From Candidatus Eiseniibacteriota bacterium (GTDB lineage: Bacteria; Eisenbacteria; RBG-16-71-46): a stretch of 34,922 nt of DNA. Positions within the stretch are counted from its first letter, which is position 1. Each line of letters begins with the position of its first letter. The translations under genes were made by a program, and so were the position numbers. This document shows positions 8,877-19,201 of the stretch, one piece after another. The DNA lies in contig VBOY01000039.1 of NCBI GenBank assembly GCA_005893295.1, forward strand, positions 19,541 to 54,462, in the 5' to 3' direction. The notes under the pieces are model-generated. The model had not been told where the DNA came from and did no database searches. It worked only from the letters and a program-made list of their open reading frames with translations.

Positions 8877-9797
8877 ATGACGTCCAGGAAGCACTCGATC
8901 GAGGTGATCGGGGTGCCGATCGACCTCGGCGCCGGGCGCCGCGGCGTGGACATGGGCCCCTCGGCGATCCGGATCGCCGACCTCGAGCAGCGACTCGAGC
9001 AGCTCGGCCATCGCGTCACCGACTTCGGCGATCTCGACGTGATGATCCCGGAGACCCAGCAGGTCGGCCAAGGCAAGCTCCGCTACAAGGAGCCCATCCT
9101 CAAGACATGCGACGAGCTGCGCAAAGAGGTCGAGCGCAGCCTCGAGCAAGGAAGCATGCCGCTCGTTCTGGGCGGCGATCACAGCCTGGCGATCGGCTCG
9201 ATCGCAGGCTCGACCAACCACTACGCCGCCCGGGGCGAATCGTTGGGCCTCATCTGGTTCGACGCCCACGGCGACGCGAACACGGCCGAGACCACCCCTT
9301 CGGGCAACATCCACGGCATGGCTCTCGCGATCAGCCTCGGGCTCGGCGACCCGGACCTGGTGAAGCTCGGCGATCGAGCGCCCAAGGTGCAGCCGCGCAA
9401 CACGGTGCTGATCGGAGTGCGTGACCTCGACCCGGGCGAGCGCGACATCCTGAAGAAGAGCGGCGCGATCGTGTACACCATGCGCGACCTGGACGAGCGC
9501 GGCATGCGCGACGTCGTGGACGAGGCGATCCGGATCGCCAGCGACGGGACGGCCGCGATCCACTTGTCCTTCGACCTCGACGTCGTGGACCCGGAGGATG
9601 CCCCGGGGACGGGTACGCCGGTGTGGGGCGGCATCACGTACCGCGAGGCTCATCTGGCGATGGAGATGATCAACGACCGTGCCCCGATTGCGGCCATCGA
9701 TTTGGTCGAGGTGAACCCGGTGCTCGACACGCAGAACATGACCGGAATCCTGGCCGCCGAGCTGGCGCAAAGCGTGCTAGGCAAACGGATTCTATAG
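8877..9797 (+). CDS. rocF: Arginase / ureohydrolase family
   Basis: Motifs 'GGDHS', 'DAHGD' and 'SFDLDVVDP' are the Mn-binding signatures of the arginase family. Confidence 0.85.
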   Translation: MTSRKHSIEVIGVPIDLGAGRRGVDMGPSAIRIADLEQRLEQLGHRVTDFGDLDVMIPETQQVGQGKLRYKEPILKTCDELRKEVERSLEQGSMPLVLGGDHSLAIGSIAGSTNHYAARGESLGLIWFDAHGDANTAETTPSGNIHGMALAISLGLGDPDLVKLGDRAPKVQPRNTVLIGVRDLDPGERDILKKSGAIVYTMRDLDERGMRDVVDEAIRIASDGTAAIHLSFDLDVVDPEDAPGTGTPVWGGITYREAHLAMEMINDRAPIAAIDLVEVNPVLDTQNMTGILAAELAQSVLGKRIL

Positions 9798-9804
9798 ACC
9801 TCGG

Positions 9805-11493
9805 CTACGCCTGCGTCCGGAGCGCGAGCGAGCCGATCGCCCGCCTGAGCTTGGCGTGCGCGTCGAAACGGCGCACGAATTCCGACTCGCGCCGCCCGCC
9901 CTTGGCGCGCACCACGCGCACCAGGGCCCGCCGCTCGGCCGCGCTCCAGCGCGCCAACCCCGGTAGGATCAGGATCACGGGCGTCCAACGCGCCCACGCG
10001 AGACGCTCGCCGGTCGTCCATCCGGCATGCGATCGCACTCCGAGCAGCGCCCGAGCCTCGTCGCCGCATGCCCGGCCCGCGCCCTCTCGGTCCGAGCCAA
10101 AGCGCCGCGACAGCGCCTTCATCGTGGCGAATCCGACCTGGGCGAGCGGCAGCTCGCCGATCACGTCGGGCCGCGGTCGAGCGAGGGACAGGTAGACGCA
10201 GGCACGGGCGAGCCGGCGCAGCGTGGCAGCGCTCGAGCGGTGCTCGGGATCGCGCCTCACCCGGCGAAGCTCGCGACGCATGAGCCGCGCCGCGGCTCGG
10301 TCGCGCGGACGAAACCCCACCTTGTGGTAGAACCACCATGCCCCCGACTCGATGGCCTCGTCGTTTCCTTCGCCGAGCTGGTAGGGGACCACCGCGAAGG
10401 TGTCGCAGCCGAACAGGTGGCGAGTCATCGCCATCACCCACCCGTAGATCGGGGCGGCCTCGGCGCCGCGGAACGTCTCGAACACGTTGTAAGCGATCTC
10501 GGCCGAACCGAACAAGGATGCGGTGAGCACGTAGCCGATGGGAACGCCGTTCTTCAGCGTCAGGTAGCCGTAGACCGATTCCAGCAGCAGGCGTCGTTCG
10601 GGGAGTGATCCGATGCAGGCGAACTCGAGGCCCTCGCCGCAATCGATCATTCGCACGTCGCGCGGATCGCCGTACGAGAAGACATCCAAGTCGCGACTGC
10701 GGGTGATCATCGCTTCGCGCGCCCGGTCGATCAGACGCTCCCCTTCGCGGCGCGAAACCGCGCGCACCGAGCGCGGGCGGCGCAACAGATCCTCGGGGAT
10801 CTCGGGACGCGCCCTCGACAGGGGCCCACGCTGCCAGACGATCCGCTGGCCTTTGAGCTTGGCGCGGCTGCGCGACGGCGTCGTCCCGGCGGGCTGGAGG
10901 CGAATCGGTACGTCCAGCTCGTCCCACAGCGCCTCGCGCACGAACGGGTCCACGCCGAGCGTAGCGAAGCGCCGGATCAAGAACGCGGCGTCGCTCTCAT
11001 GAGGGCCCTTCATGCGCTCGATCCACTCGCGCGTGGGCGCTTCGTACTCGTCGAGCGCCGGGCTCACGGCGAAGTGGGCGAGCAGCGGTAGCAAGGGCTC
11101 GAGGCGGTCTCGATTCTCGAAGTCGCGCCAGTCGATGGTCAGCCGGTGCGGCCAGCGCTCAGCCAGCCACTGCGCGGTGGGCGCGAAGAAGCGAAAGCGA
11201 ATCTCGGTGCCGGCGATGCCACTGTCGGCGAGCCGGCGGGCGTGGTGGCGGAGGTCGCGACGACGATCGAACGAGCCGAGCAGCCGGTCGACCTCGGCGA
11301 GGATCGCTTCGTTCTCGGGATACGCCTGCCAGAAGCACGCGAGCTCGTGGAGCCTGAGCACCTCGGAGGTTCGCGGCACGCGCGCCCGCTGCAGCCGACG
11401 GAGCAGCTCGAGCTTGCGACCCGCGGCATCGCCGCCGAAGGTGGTCTTGAGTCGCTCGGCCGCACGCAGCACGGATGAGGGGGTGATGAGCAC
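9805..11493 (-). CDS. Large hypothetical cytoplasmic protein (562 aa), possible GNAT-like acyltransferase fold in the C-terminal half
   Basis: Clean long ORF with coding-like composition. 'ESGAWWFYHKVGF' is reminiscent of GNAT motif B. No confident family assignment. Confidence 0.45.
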   Translation of the reverse strand: MLITPSSVLRAAERLKTTFGGDAAGRKLELLRRLQRARVPRTSEVLRLHELACFWQAYPENEAILAEVDRLLGSFDRRRDLRHHARRLADSGIAGTEIRFRFFAPTAQWLAERWPHRLTIDWRDFENRDRLEPLLPLLAHFAVSPALDEYEAPTREWIERMKGPHESDAAFLIRRFATLGVDPFVREALWDELDVPIRLQPAGTTPSRSRAKLKGQRIVWQRGPLSRARPEIPEDLLRRPRSVRAVSRREGERLIDRAREAMITRSRDLDVFSYGDPRDVRMIDCGEGLEFACIGSLPERRLLLESVYGYLTLKNGVPIGYVLTASLFGSAEIAYNVFETFRGAEAAPIYGWVMAMTRHLFGCDTFAVVPYQLGEGNDEAIESGAWWFYHKVGFRPRDRAAARLMRRELRRVRRDPEHRSSAATLRRLARACVYLSLARPRPDVIGELPLAQVGFATMKALSRRFGSDREGAGRACGDEARALLGVRSHAGWTTGERLAWARWTPVILILPGLARWSAAERRALVRVVRAKGGRRESEFVRRFDAHAKLRRAIGSLALRTQA

Positions 11494-11564
11494 GAGGGCC
11501 GCAGCGTATCGAAGGGGGCTGGGGCGCGCCAGGTCGGGCGCGGGGGCTCGCCCGACTGCCGCCG

Positions 11565-11948
11565 TCAGCTGCCCGCCGGCGCGTGATTCTCGGTCCGCAC
11601 CACGACGCGATGGGCGACCGAATGGCCACCCTCGTCGCGGTAGTAGACCGTGACGCGGGCGTCCTTTGCCACGTCACCGTTCACCGTCATGGTGTCGTGC
11701 TTCGTGAACACCATCGAGCGCGGGTTGCGCCCGCGCCGTTCGACCGTGAGCGTGTGCTGGTCCTGCGCGGCCACGTAGCCGGTGAACTGCCGCATGGTGT
11801 TTCTGGCCTTGGCACTCTTGGCCGCGGGGGCCGCGGTCTTGGGGGCTGCCGACGCCGGATTGCCATGGAAGGCGAACCCAGCCGCGGCGGCGAGCGCGAG
11901 CGCCATGCCGAGCGCGACGTACTTCCGACCCTGTCTCATCCTCCTCAC
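11565..11948 (-). CDS. Small secreted hypothetical protein
   Basis: Signal peptide 'YVALGMALALAAAAGFA'. The mature part is about 90 aa and has no known motif. Confidence 0.4.
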   Translation of the reverse strand: MRRMRQGRKYVALGMALALAAAAGFAFHGNPASAAPKTAAPAAKSAKARNTMRQFTGYVAAQDQHTLTVERRGRNPRSMVFTKHDTMTVNGDVAKDARVTVYYRDEGGHSVAHRVVVRTENHAPAGS

Positions 11949-12161
11949 CTCCCTTCATCGTCGCTCGGGAGCAGGGCGATACGAATGCTAGAGAGGCCAC
12001 GTCTCTCGGGTCAAGGATTCTCGGTCACTGGCGCGGGCGTGGACCATGTGACGCCGGTGGCGACAGCGCGCCGCGGGACGCGCGCGGCCGGTGCTTGGGC
12101 GCGCGGCCTCTGCCGTGCGCCGTCTCGAGTTGCCGGAAACGTGAATCGCCGCGTGCCGGCC

Positions 12162-12836
12162 TCAGGCGCGCGACTGCGCGATTCGGCGCACGCCGAGCTT
12201 CTTCATGCGCGAGTGCAGCGTCGTGGGCTTGAGGCCGAGGATCGCGGCGGCTCCGCGGGGGCCGCTGACGCGGCCCCGTGTGCGCTCGAGCGTCTCCTCG
12301 ATGGCGCGACGTTGGACCTCGGCGAGCGTGCGTTCCATCGGGACGCTCGGCATCGGCGGCGACGTCGTGCGGCTCGGTGTGAGCACGAGGGCCAGCAGCC
12401 GTGCCGCAGCCGCCAGCGAGCGCAGATCCGTGTCGCCGAGGCTACGCCGCGCGAACAGTGCCAGCACTCCCACCAGCGATTCCTCGTGGACCATCGGCAG
12501 GGCCGCAAAGCTCGCGACCGAGTGGGTCGTGAGCCAGGCAGGATCGGCGAGACCGAGGGTTGGAAGCTCCCTCGACGCAACGATCGGCTGACGTTCGAGC
12601 GCCACGCGCCCCACCTCGCGCGCGCCTATCGGGAAGCGTCGAAACGGTCCGTCGAGTCGCGCGGTGGTTCCGATGCTCAGCTCGAGGTGGAGACACCGGG
12701 TTTGGTCGGGGCACTCGAGCCTCATCGGGCAGACGCTGCACAGGTCGCCAGGCCCAAGGAGCCAGATCCGCAGAAGTGCCGGATCGAATGGCAAAGCCAG
12801 ATTCTCGATAAGGTCCGCGACCCTTCCGTCGATCAC
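12162..12836 (-). CDS. GAF-domain plus Fis-type HTH regulator lacking an AAA+ module; contains a Cys4 cluster
   Basis: The C-terminal 'AAAILGLKPTTLHSRMKKLGV' is the NtrC/Fis HTH_8. A GAF-like segment ('ALPMVHEESLVGVLALF') is present. The motif 'CSVCPMRLECPDQTRC' (C-x2-C-x5-C-x6-C) lies in the N-terminal part. Confidence 0.55.
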   Translation of the reverse strand: MIDGRVADLIENLALPFDPALLRIWLLGPGDLCSVCPMRLECPDQTRCLHLELSIGTTARLDGPFRRFPIGAREVGRVALERQPIVASRELPTLGLADPAWLTTHSVASFAALPMVHEESLVGVLALFARRSLGDTDLRSLAAAARLLALVLTPSRTTSPPMPSVPMERTLAEVQRRAIEETLERTRGRVSGPRGAAAILGLKPTTLHSRMKKLGVRRIAQSRA

Positions 12837-12911
12837 GAGCTCATCATGGCGAAATAGAGTTACAGATCAAGCGATATTTCGCCGATTACGATATATCGCC
12901 ATATGCTCCGG

Positions 12912-14588
12912 TCACTCTGGGTGGACTCGGGCGAGGACCAGAGAAGGGGCACGCAGAACGATCTCGAGAGGACCGCGGGCGGCCCGAACCAACAGCGGCT
13001 CCGATTGAGGTCGAAAGGCGACGTACGTCAAATGGTCCGACGCGCGGAACTGCCGGATCGCGGTTCGCAGCGCGAGCGTGCCATCGTCGCGCGCGCGAGC
13101 GGCGGCATCGACCGGCACGAGATTCCGCGGCGCGTAGAGCCTGAGCGATGGTGGAGGAGGACCGATCACGACCAAGGCCGCCCGTCTCGGCGCGGCGGCG
13201 TCCATTGCGTGCGCCACCGAGCGCGCGTTCAAGAAGTCCTCCACCTGAGGCAGGACCGCGAGCGACACGAAGGGTGTGCCGAGGCCGACCGGCAGGGCCA
13301 TGAGGGCCGCCGCCAGCCGATGCCGGCCGAGGAAGCCGGCGAGCAGCGGAGCGAGCGAGAGCACGAGCAACACGGCGGCCAAATGCGCCAGCGATGGGGC
13401 CGCCCGACCGAGGCGCGACGCCACGAGCGCGAGCAGCAGTGCGCCCGTCGCCCCGAGGAGGGCCATCATGCGCTCGGCCGAGACGACCGGCCGAAAGACG
13501 CGACGCGGGTCCTCGATCAGATGATCGAGCAGCCGCCCGCAGAGCAGCGCGGCGGCCGGCGCCGCGGACAGAGCGGCGGCGAACGGCGGCACCGGGTACA
13601 GCAGCAGCGGAGCGAGCGAGGCCGCGAGGCAGGCGATGAAGCAGTGGGCCGCGGACTCCTCGCGCAGCTCGCGCGAGACCGGATCGGCGGCCGATCCCGT
13701 TCGGGTTGCTGGCGGGGCCAGGATTCCGCGGCGTGGCATGCGCCACAAGGTAGCGGCGTGCAGGGCGGCGCCGGGAACCAGCGCGCTCCACGGGAAGCAC
13801 CCGACCACCAGGAACGCCATCGCGCGCGCCGGCCCGGCCCACCACGAGTCGCGAGCCGCGGCAGCGTACGGGAAGAAGAAGACGTGCGCGGTGAACGCGA
13901 GACCGTAGCGCTCGACCATCGCGCCGTACCACGGCAAGGCCAGACCCAGCACGATCGAGAGCCCGGCCCCTAGCCCGAGGGCGCGCCAGCCCCGGGGTCG
14001 CCTGGTCAGGCCTAAGTACAAGGCGATCCCACCGAGCGGCCACAGCGCGGGGAGCGGGCCTCCACAGAGGAACGCGGTCGCCACCGCTCCGTAGCCCACG
14101 ACGAGGCGGCTCTCGCGACCGGCGCTGCGGCCGAACAACGCGTCGGCGAGGCCGCCCACGCCCGCCCAGGCGAGCAGCGTGGCCAGCAGTTGGGTCCCGT
14201 CGGTGCGGACCGCGAGCGGGAGTGCCAACGAGGAAGCCAGAACCGCGGCGGCGCAGGCGCCGGCGCGAGGGCCGAAGTGGCGCGCCCCGATCGACCCCGT
14301 CAACAGCACGAGCGCCACGGCGAGGGCCCCGCGCAGCAGGCGCCCCCCGAGCGGGGAATCCGGCGTCAGAAAAGCGCCGGCCGCATCGACGCCATATCCC
14401 AGCAGCGGCTTGTCGAACAGCGCCTCGCCCCCGAGTGCGGGCGTGAGCAGCTCCTTGCGCTCGAGCAACTCGCGCGCCACCTCGGCGTCACGTGCCTCGC
14501 CTTGATCGACGAACCCGATCCGGTCGAGTCCGAGGAACAGCCCAACCAGGCAGAGCACCGCGATCGCGAGCGGGACGAGGCGTGTCAT
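12912..14588 (-). CDS. Polytopic membrane glycosyltransferase of the GT39/GT83 (ArnT/PMT-like) family
   Basis: More than 10 predicted TM helices. N-terminal region 'DEGEARDAEVARELLE...DKPLLGY' resembles the ArnT/PMT catalytic loop. Confidence 0.6.
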   Translation of the reverse strand: MTRLVPLAIAVLCLVGLFLGLDRIGFVDQGEARDAEVARELLERKELLTPALGGEALFDKPLLGYGVDAAGAFLTPDSPLGGRLLRGALAVALVLLTGSIGARHFGPRAGACAAAVLASSLALPLAVRTDGTQLLATLLAWAGVGGLADALFGRSAGRESRLVVGYGAVATAFLCGGPLPALWPLGGIALYLGLTRRPRGWRALGLGAGLSIVLGLALPWYGAMVERYGLAFTAHVFFFPYAAAARDSWWAGPARAMAFLVVGCFPWSALVPGAALHAATLWRMPRRGILAPPATRTGSAADPVSRELREESAAHCFIACLAASLAPLLLYPVPPFAAALSAAPAAALLCGRLLDHLIEDPRRVFRPVVSAERMMALLGATGALLLALVASRLGRAAPSLAHLAAVLLVLSLAPLLAGFLGRHRLAAALMALPVGLGTPFVSLAVLPQVEDFLNARSVAHAMDAAAPRRAALVVIGPPPPSLRLYAPRNLVPVDAAARARDDGTLALRTAIRQFRASDHLTYVAFRPQSEPLLVRAARGPLEIVLRAPSLVLARVHPE

Positions 14589-14946
14589 GCGGTCGCTACG
14601 GAGCCTGCTCTTGGATCCGCGGGTCGCGCGAATGGCGGCCGGGTCCGGTGCTTCCCGGCGCGAGGAACGGCACGCTGCCGACGAGCGCCAGCTCCTTCTT
14701 GGCCCACGGGTGGATCAACTTGCTCGACCCGTGAGCGGCGAGCAGGGGTCAGCAGCACCCTGACAGAGAGACAAGAGCCCGACCGAAATCCTCACCGCCT
14801 GCTGGGGTCCCACGGTGCCTCCGTTCGCCCACTCGCCGCGCCCAATCACCGGCGGCGCTCCACCCAGTGAACCACAGCCGTTGACGATCCGGCGAGCGCT
14901 CGCTAGCCTTGCGGCGACACGAAAGACACGATCTTTGGAGACCCAC

Positions 14947-16680
<1,734 letters not shown>

Positions 16681-16681
16681 G

Positions 16682-16718
16682 GCCGCGGCGCTCCACTCGC
16701 TCTTCGAGCGGGCCGCGG
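16682..16718 (+). terminator. GC-rich stem-loop immediately after the acsA stop codon, with no U-tract
   Basis: GCCGCGGCGCTC ... GAGCG(gg)GCCGCGGC forms a roughly 12-bp stem with a 2-nt bulge. Confidence 0.3.
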
Positions 16719-16788
16719 CACGGGCGCCCATCCGTCGATGGTACTTTCCACACTCGAGTTACGCGCGTCAAGCCACGGCAAAAAACCC

Positions 16789-16817
16789 CTTGCGTTCACC
16801 CCCGAGTTGGCCGATAG
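16789..16817 (+). promoter_or_regulatory. Candidate sigma70-type promoter for cspA (TTGCGT-17 nt-GATAGT)
   Basis: -35 TTGCGT and a -10-like GATAGT with a 17-nt spacer. This would give a leader of about 175 nt. Confidence 0.25.
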
Positions 16818-16862
16818 TACGCGTGTCTTCAGTTGTCGGTGGGACGGCCGTGGACACGAAAC

Positions 16863-16890
16863 GCCGCCAGGGACAACGTGGCGGCTTTTT
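16863..16890 (+). terminator. Intrinsic-terminator-like hairpin (GCCGCCA-gggacaacg-TGGCGGC-TTTTT) inside the cspA leader; it may also serve as the acsA terminator
   Basis: Perfect 7-bp GC stem with a 9-nt loop and a T5 tract. It sits about 110 nt upstream of the csp start. Confidence 0.5.
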
Positions 16891-17000
16891 CTATGCCTCG
16901 ACCACCCGACTCGGAAGCCCGGTCACTAGGGCCGGACGACGCCGTCACGTTGGGCGGCAGATGCAAAGGGCTTCAGCCCTTGATACAAGGAGTTTGCAGA

Positions 17001-17201
17001 GTGGCTACGGGTACCGTGAAGTGGTTCAACGAGGCGAAGGGTTTCGGCTTCATCTCTCAGGAAGGTGGCGAGGATGTGTTCGTCCACTTCTCGGCGATTC
17101 AGGGCGAAGGTTTCAAGACCCTGGCCGAGGGTGAGCGGGTCGAGTTCGAAGTGACCCGCGGGCCAAAGGGCCTGCAGGCGGGCAACGTCCGCAAGGCTTA
17201 G
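17001..17201 (+). CDS. cspA: Cold-shock protein, CspA family
   Basis: '[15 protein letters not shown]' and 'VFVHFSAI' are RNP1/RNP2 motifs. The start is GTG, with an AAGGAG RBS 8 nt upstream. The ORF is open further upstream but carries no homology there. Confidence 0.85.
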   Translation: MATGTVKWFNEAKGFGFISQEGGEDVFVHFSAIQGEGFKTLAEGERVEFEVTRGPKGLQAGNVRKA

Positions 17202-17230
17202 TTCGCCCGGAGTACCACCTCACGCGGGTC

Positions 17231-17266
17231 GGGCGGCCCTCTCAAGGGTCGCCCTTCCGCTTTTCC
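17231..17266 (+). terminator. Rho-independent terminator of cspA
   Basis: GGGCGGCCC-tctcaa-GGGTCGCCC forms a 9-bp stem with one G·U pair, followed by the T-rich 'ttccgcttttcc'. Confidence 0.5.
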
Positions 17267-17416
17267 GGGAGTTGGCGCACCCCCTGCCACTCACCGGTCG
17301 CGCTCCTGGCGCCCGCGGTCCAAGGCCGTTCGATCTCAAGAAACGGCGACGCTGAGCCGATTTCTACCCTGATTTCCATCTTCCCCTTCCCCCTCAACGG
17401 CGGCGGGATTGGCACC

Positions 17417-19201
17417 ATGAACGTTGGCCCAGACTTGGAGCGCAACCCCGTTCCCGTCCGCCAGACCTCGGCCCGGGCGGCCGGGCTCGGCGAACCCGAT
17501 TCCTCCGCCAAGGCGGTGGGCACCTGGGTCCAGATGCTGGGCCGCACGCTGAAAACCTGTCGCCTCTACGAGGGACAGAACCCCACCGTGGTCAAGTTCC
17601 GCGACGACCTGGCGGGGGCGCTCCAGAACCTGCTTCAAAGCCAAGGAACCTTCACCTTGCGCTTCACGTCCGACGACGTCCGCTACGAGGAGGAGTCTCT
17701 CTACCACGCGCGCTCGCGTGACGACAATCTGGCGCTCCTCTTCTATCGCGATGGCGTGCGCGGCCTCACCTTCGCTCCCGGTGCCGAGGCGCGCGAAGTC
17801 CAGGCTCTGGTCGACGCGTTGCTCCTGGTGTCCGGACCGAGCTCCTCCCACGACGACCTGGTGACGCTGCTGTGGGAAGCCCACCTGGCTCACGTCGAAG
17901 TGGATTACGTCCCCGCGGAAGGAGACGTGGGCACCGGTGCCCCGGGTGCGGCCGAAGAAGAACGCCAGCTCGTGCCGTTCCCGACCGGCGGACGGCCGGC
18001 GGAAGGACCGGAGGCGGATCAGGCCCAGGACGCCGCGTCTACCGACCGCCAGGGGGCGCGGCAGGAGGGAGGCTCTCGATCCGACGACTGGACCACAGGC
18101 AACCTCACGGTCGAGATCGAAGCCGGGTTCGAAGAGTTGGACTCCCTGGCGCGCTCGGAGACCGAACGCTTCCGGCGCGAGTATCGGGCCGAGCACGAGG
18201 TGTCGCCGGGCACCACGGCGCTTGCCATCGTGCGGGCCTTCCTGGGCGCCGAGGTGACAACTGAAGACCGCATAGAGCTGGGCGCGTTTCTGCCGCGCCT
18301 TCTCAGGCTCGCGGTCTCGCGCGGCGCCTGGCTCGAAGCGCGTGAGGCCCTGCGCTTGATCGGCGAGTGTGGGACTCCGGGCTGGTCGCCGGACACCTTC
18401 GTGCAGGAACTACTCCAGCCGATCACGATCTCCACGATTGCGGAGCACGCGGACCGCCAGCCGCCGGCCGAGCTGCAGGACTTGGTGGCGTTGGCTCTGG
18501 AGCTGGGAGACGGCGCGGTGGATCTGCTCACGCTGGTTCTCGGCGAGAGCCGCCAGCCCGGCAACCGCCGCATCCTCGCCGAGGCGATCGCCGAGCTGAC
18601 GCGGGATCGGCCCGAGCGTCTCGCCCCGTGGCTCGCCGATCCGCGCTGGAAGGTGGTGCGCAACGTGGTCCACATCCTCGGCTGGATCGGCACGGACGCC
18701 ATCGTGGGATTGCTGCGGGGTGTGGTGCGGCATCCCGAGCCGCGGGTCCGCCTCGAAATCGTGACTGCGTTGGGCCAAGTGGACCCGCTGCTCGCGCGAC
18801 CGCTGCTGCTCAAGCTGCTGGAGAACGCAGACGTCAGGCTATTCGCCGCGGTGCTCCAGCGCCTGTCGGTAGAGCGCAACACGGCGGTCGCCCGGCTGGT
18901 GCTCGCGTACCTGCAAGATCCCGGCTTCGACGCGCGTCCGCCCGAGGAGAAGCGCTCGATCTACGCCGCGATCGCTGCGGCCGGAACCGACGAGATCCTT
19001 CCCGAGCTGCAGGCCGAGCTGCTCCAGTCGGCGTGGTTCGCGCGCGGCCAGGATGCGCATCGAGCCGCGGTGGCACGCTGCGTCGCCCGCATCGGCACGC
19101 CACAGGCGCGGATGGTGCTCGAGCGCGGCGCCCAGTCGAGACGCCCGCCGGTGCGAAAGGCGTGCGAGGAAGCGTTGCTGGAGATGGTCCGCCATGAGTG
19201 A
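17417..19201 (+). CDS. HEAT/PBS-lyase-repeat protein with an N-terminal domain of unknown function
   Basis: The C-terminal half has repeated 'VR..A...LG.IG....V..LL..L.D....VR' HEAT-like units. The ORF overlaps the downstream HD-GYP gene by 8 nt. Confidence 0.55.
   Translation: MNVGPDLERNPVPVRQTSARAAGLGEPDSSAKAVGTWVQMLGRTLKTCRLYEGQNPTVVKFRDDLAGALQNLLQSQGTFTLRFTSDDVRYEEESLYHARSRDDNLALLFYRDGVRGLTFAPGAEAREVQALVDALLLVSGPSSSHDDLVTLLWEAHLAHVEVDYVPAEGDVGTGAPGAAEEERQLVPFPTGGRPAEGPEADQAQDAASTDRQGARQEGGSRSDDWTTGNLTVEIEAGFEELDSLARSETERFRREYRAEHEVSPGTTALAIVRAFLGAEVTTEDRIELGAFLPRLLRLAVSRGAWLEAREALRLIGECGTPGWSPDTFVQELLQPITISTIAEHADRQPPAELQDLVALALELGDGAVDLLTLVLGESRQPGNRRILAEAIAELTRDRPERLAPWLADPRWKVVRNVVHILGWIGTDAIVGLLRGVVRHPEPRVRLEIVTALGQVDPLLARPLLLKLLENADVRLFAAVLQRLSVERNTAVARLVLAYLQDPGFDARPPEEKRSIYAAIAAAGTDEILPELQAELLQSAWFARGQDAHRAAVARCVARIGTPQARMVLERGAQSRRPPVRKACEEALLEMVRHE

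Noticed and set aside
16738-16929. 63-aa ORF inside the acsA-cspA intergenic region.
   Set aside because: It overlaps the predicted promoter and terminator hairpin of the csp leader. It has no RBS, and its composition is not protein-like.
16833-17000. In-frame N-terminal extension of the cold-shock protein (ORF open from 16833).
   Set aside because: Csp-family homology begins only at the GTG at 17001, which has a strong AAGGAG RBS. The upstream part contains RNA hairpins and no conserved residues.
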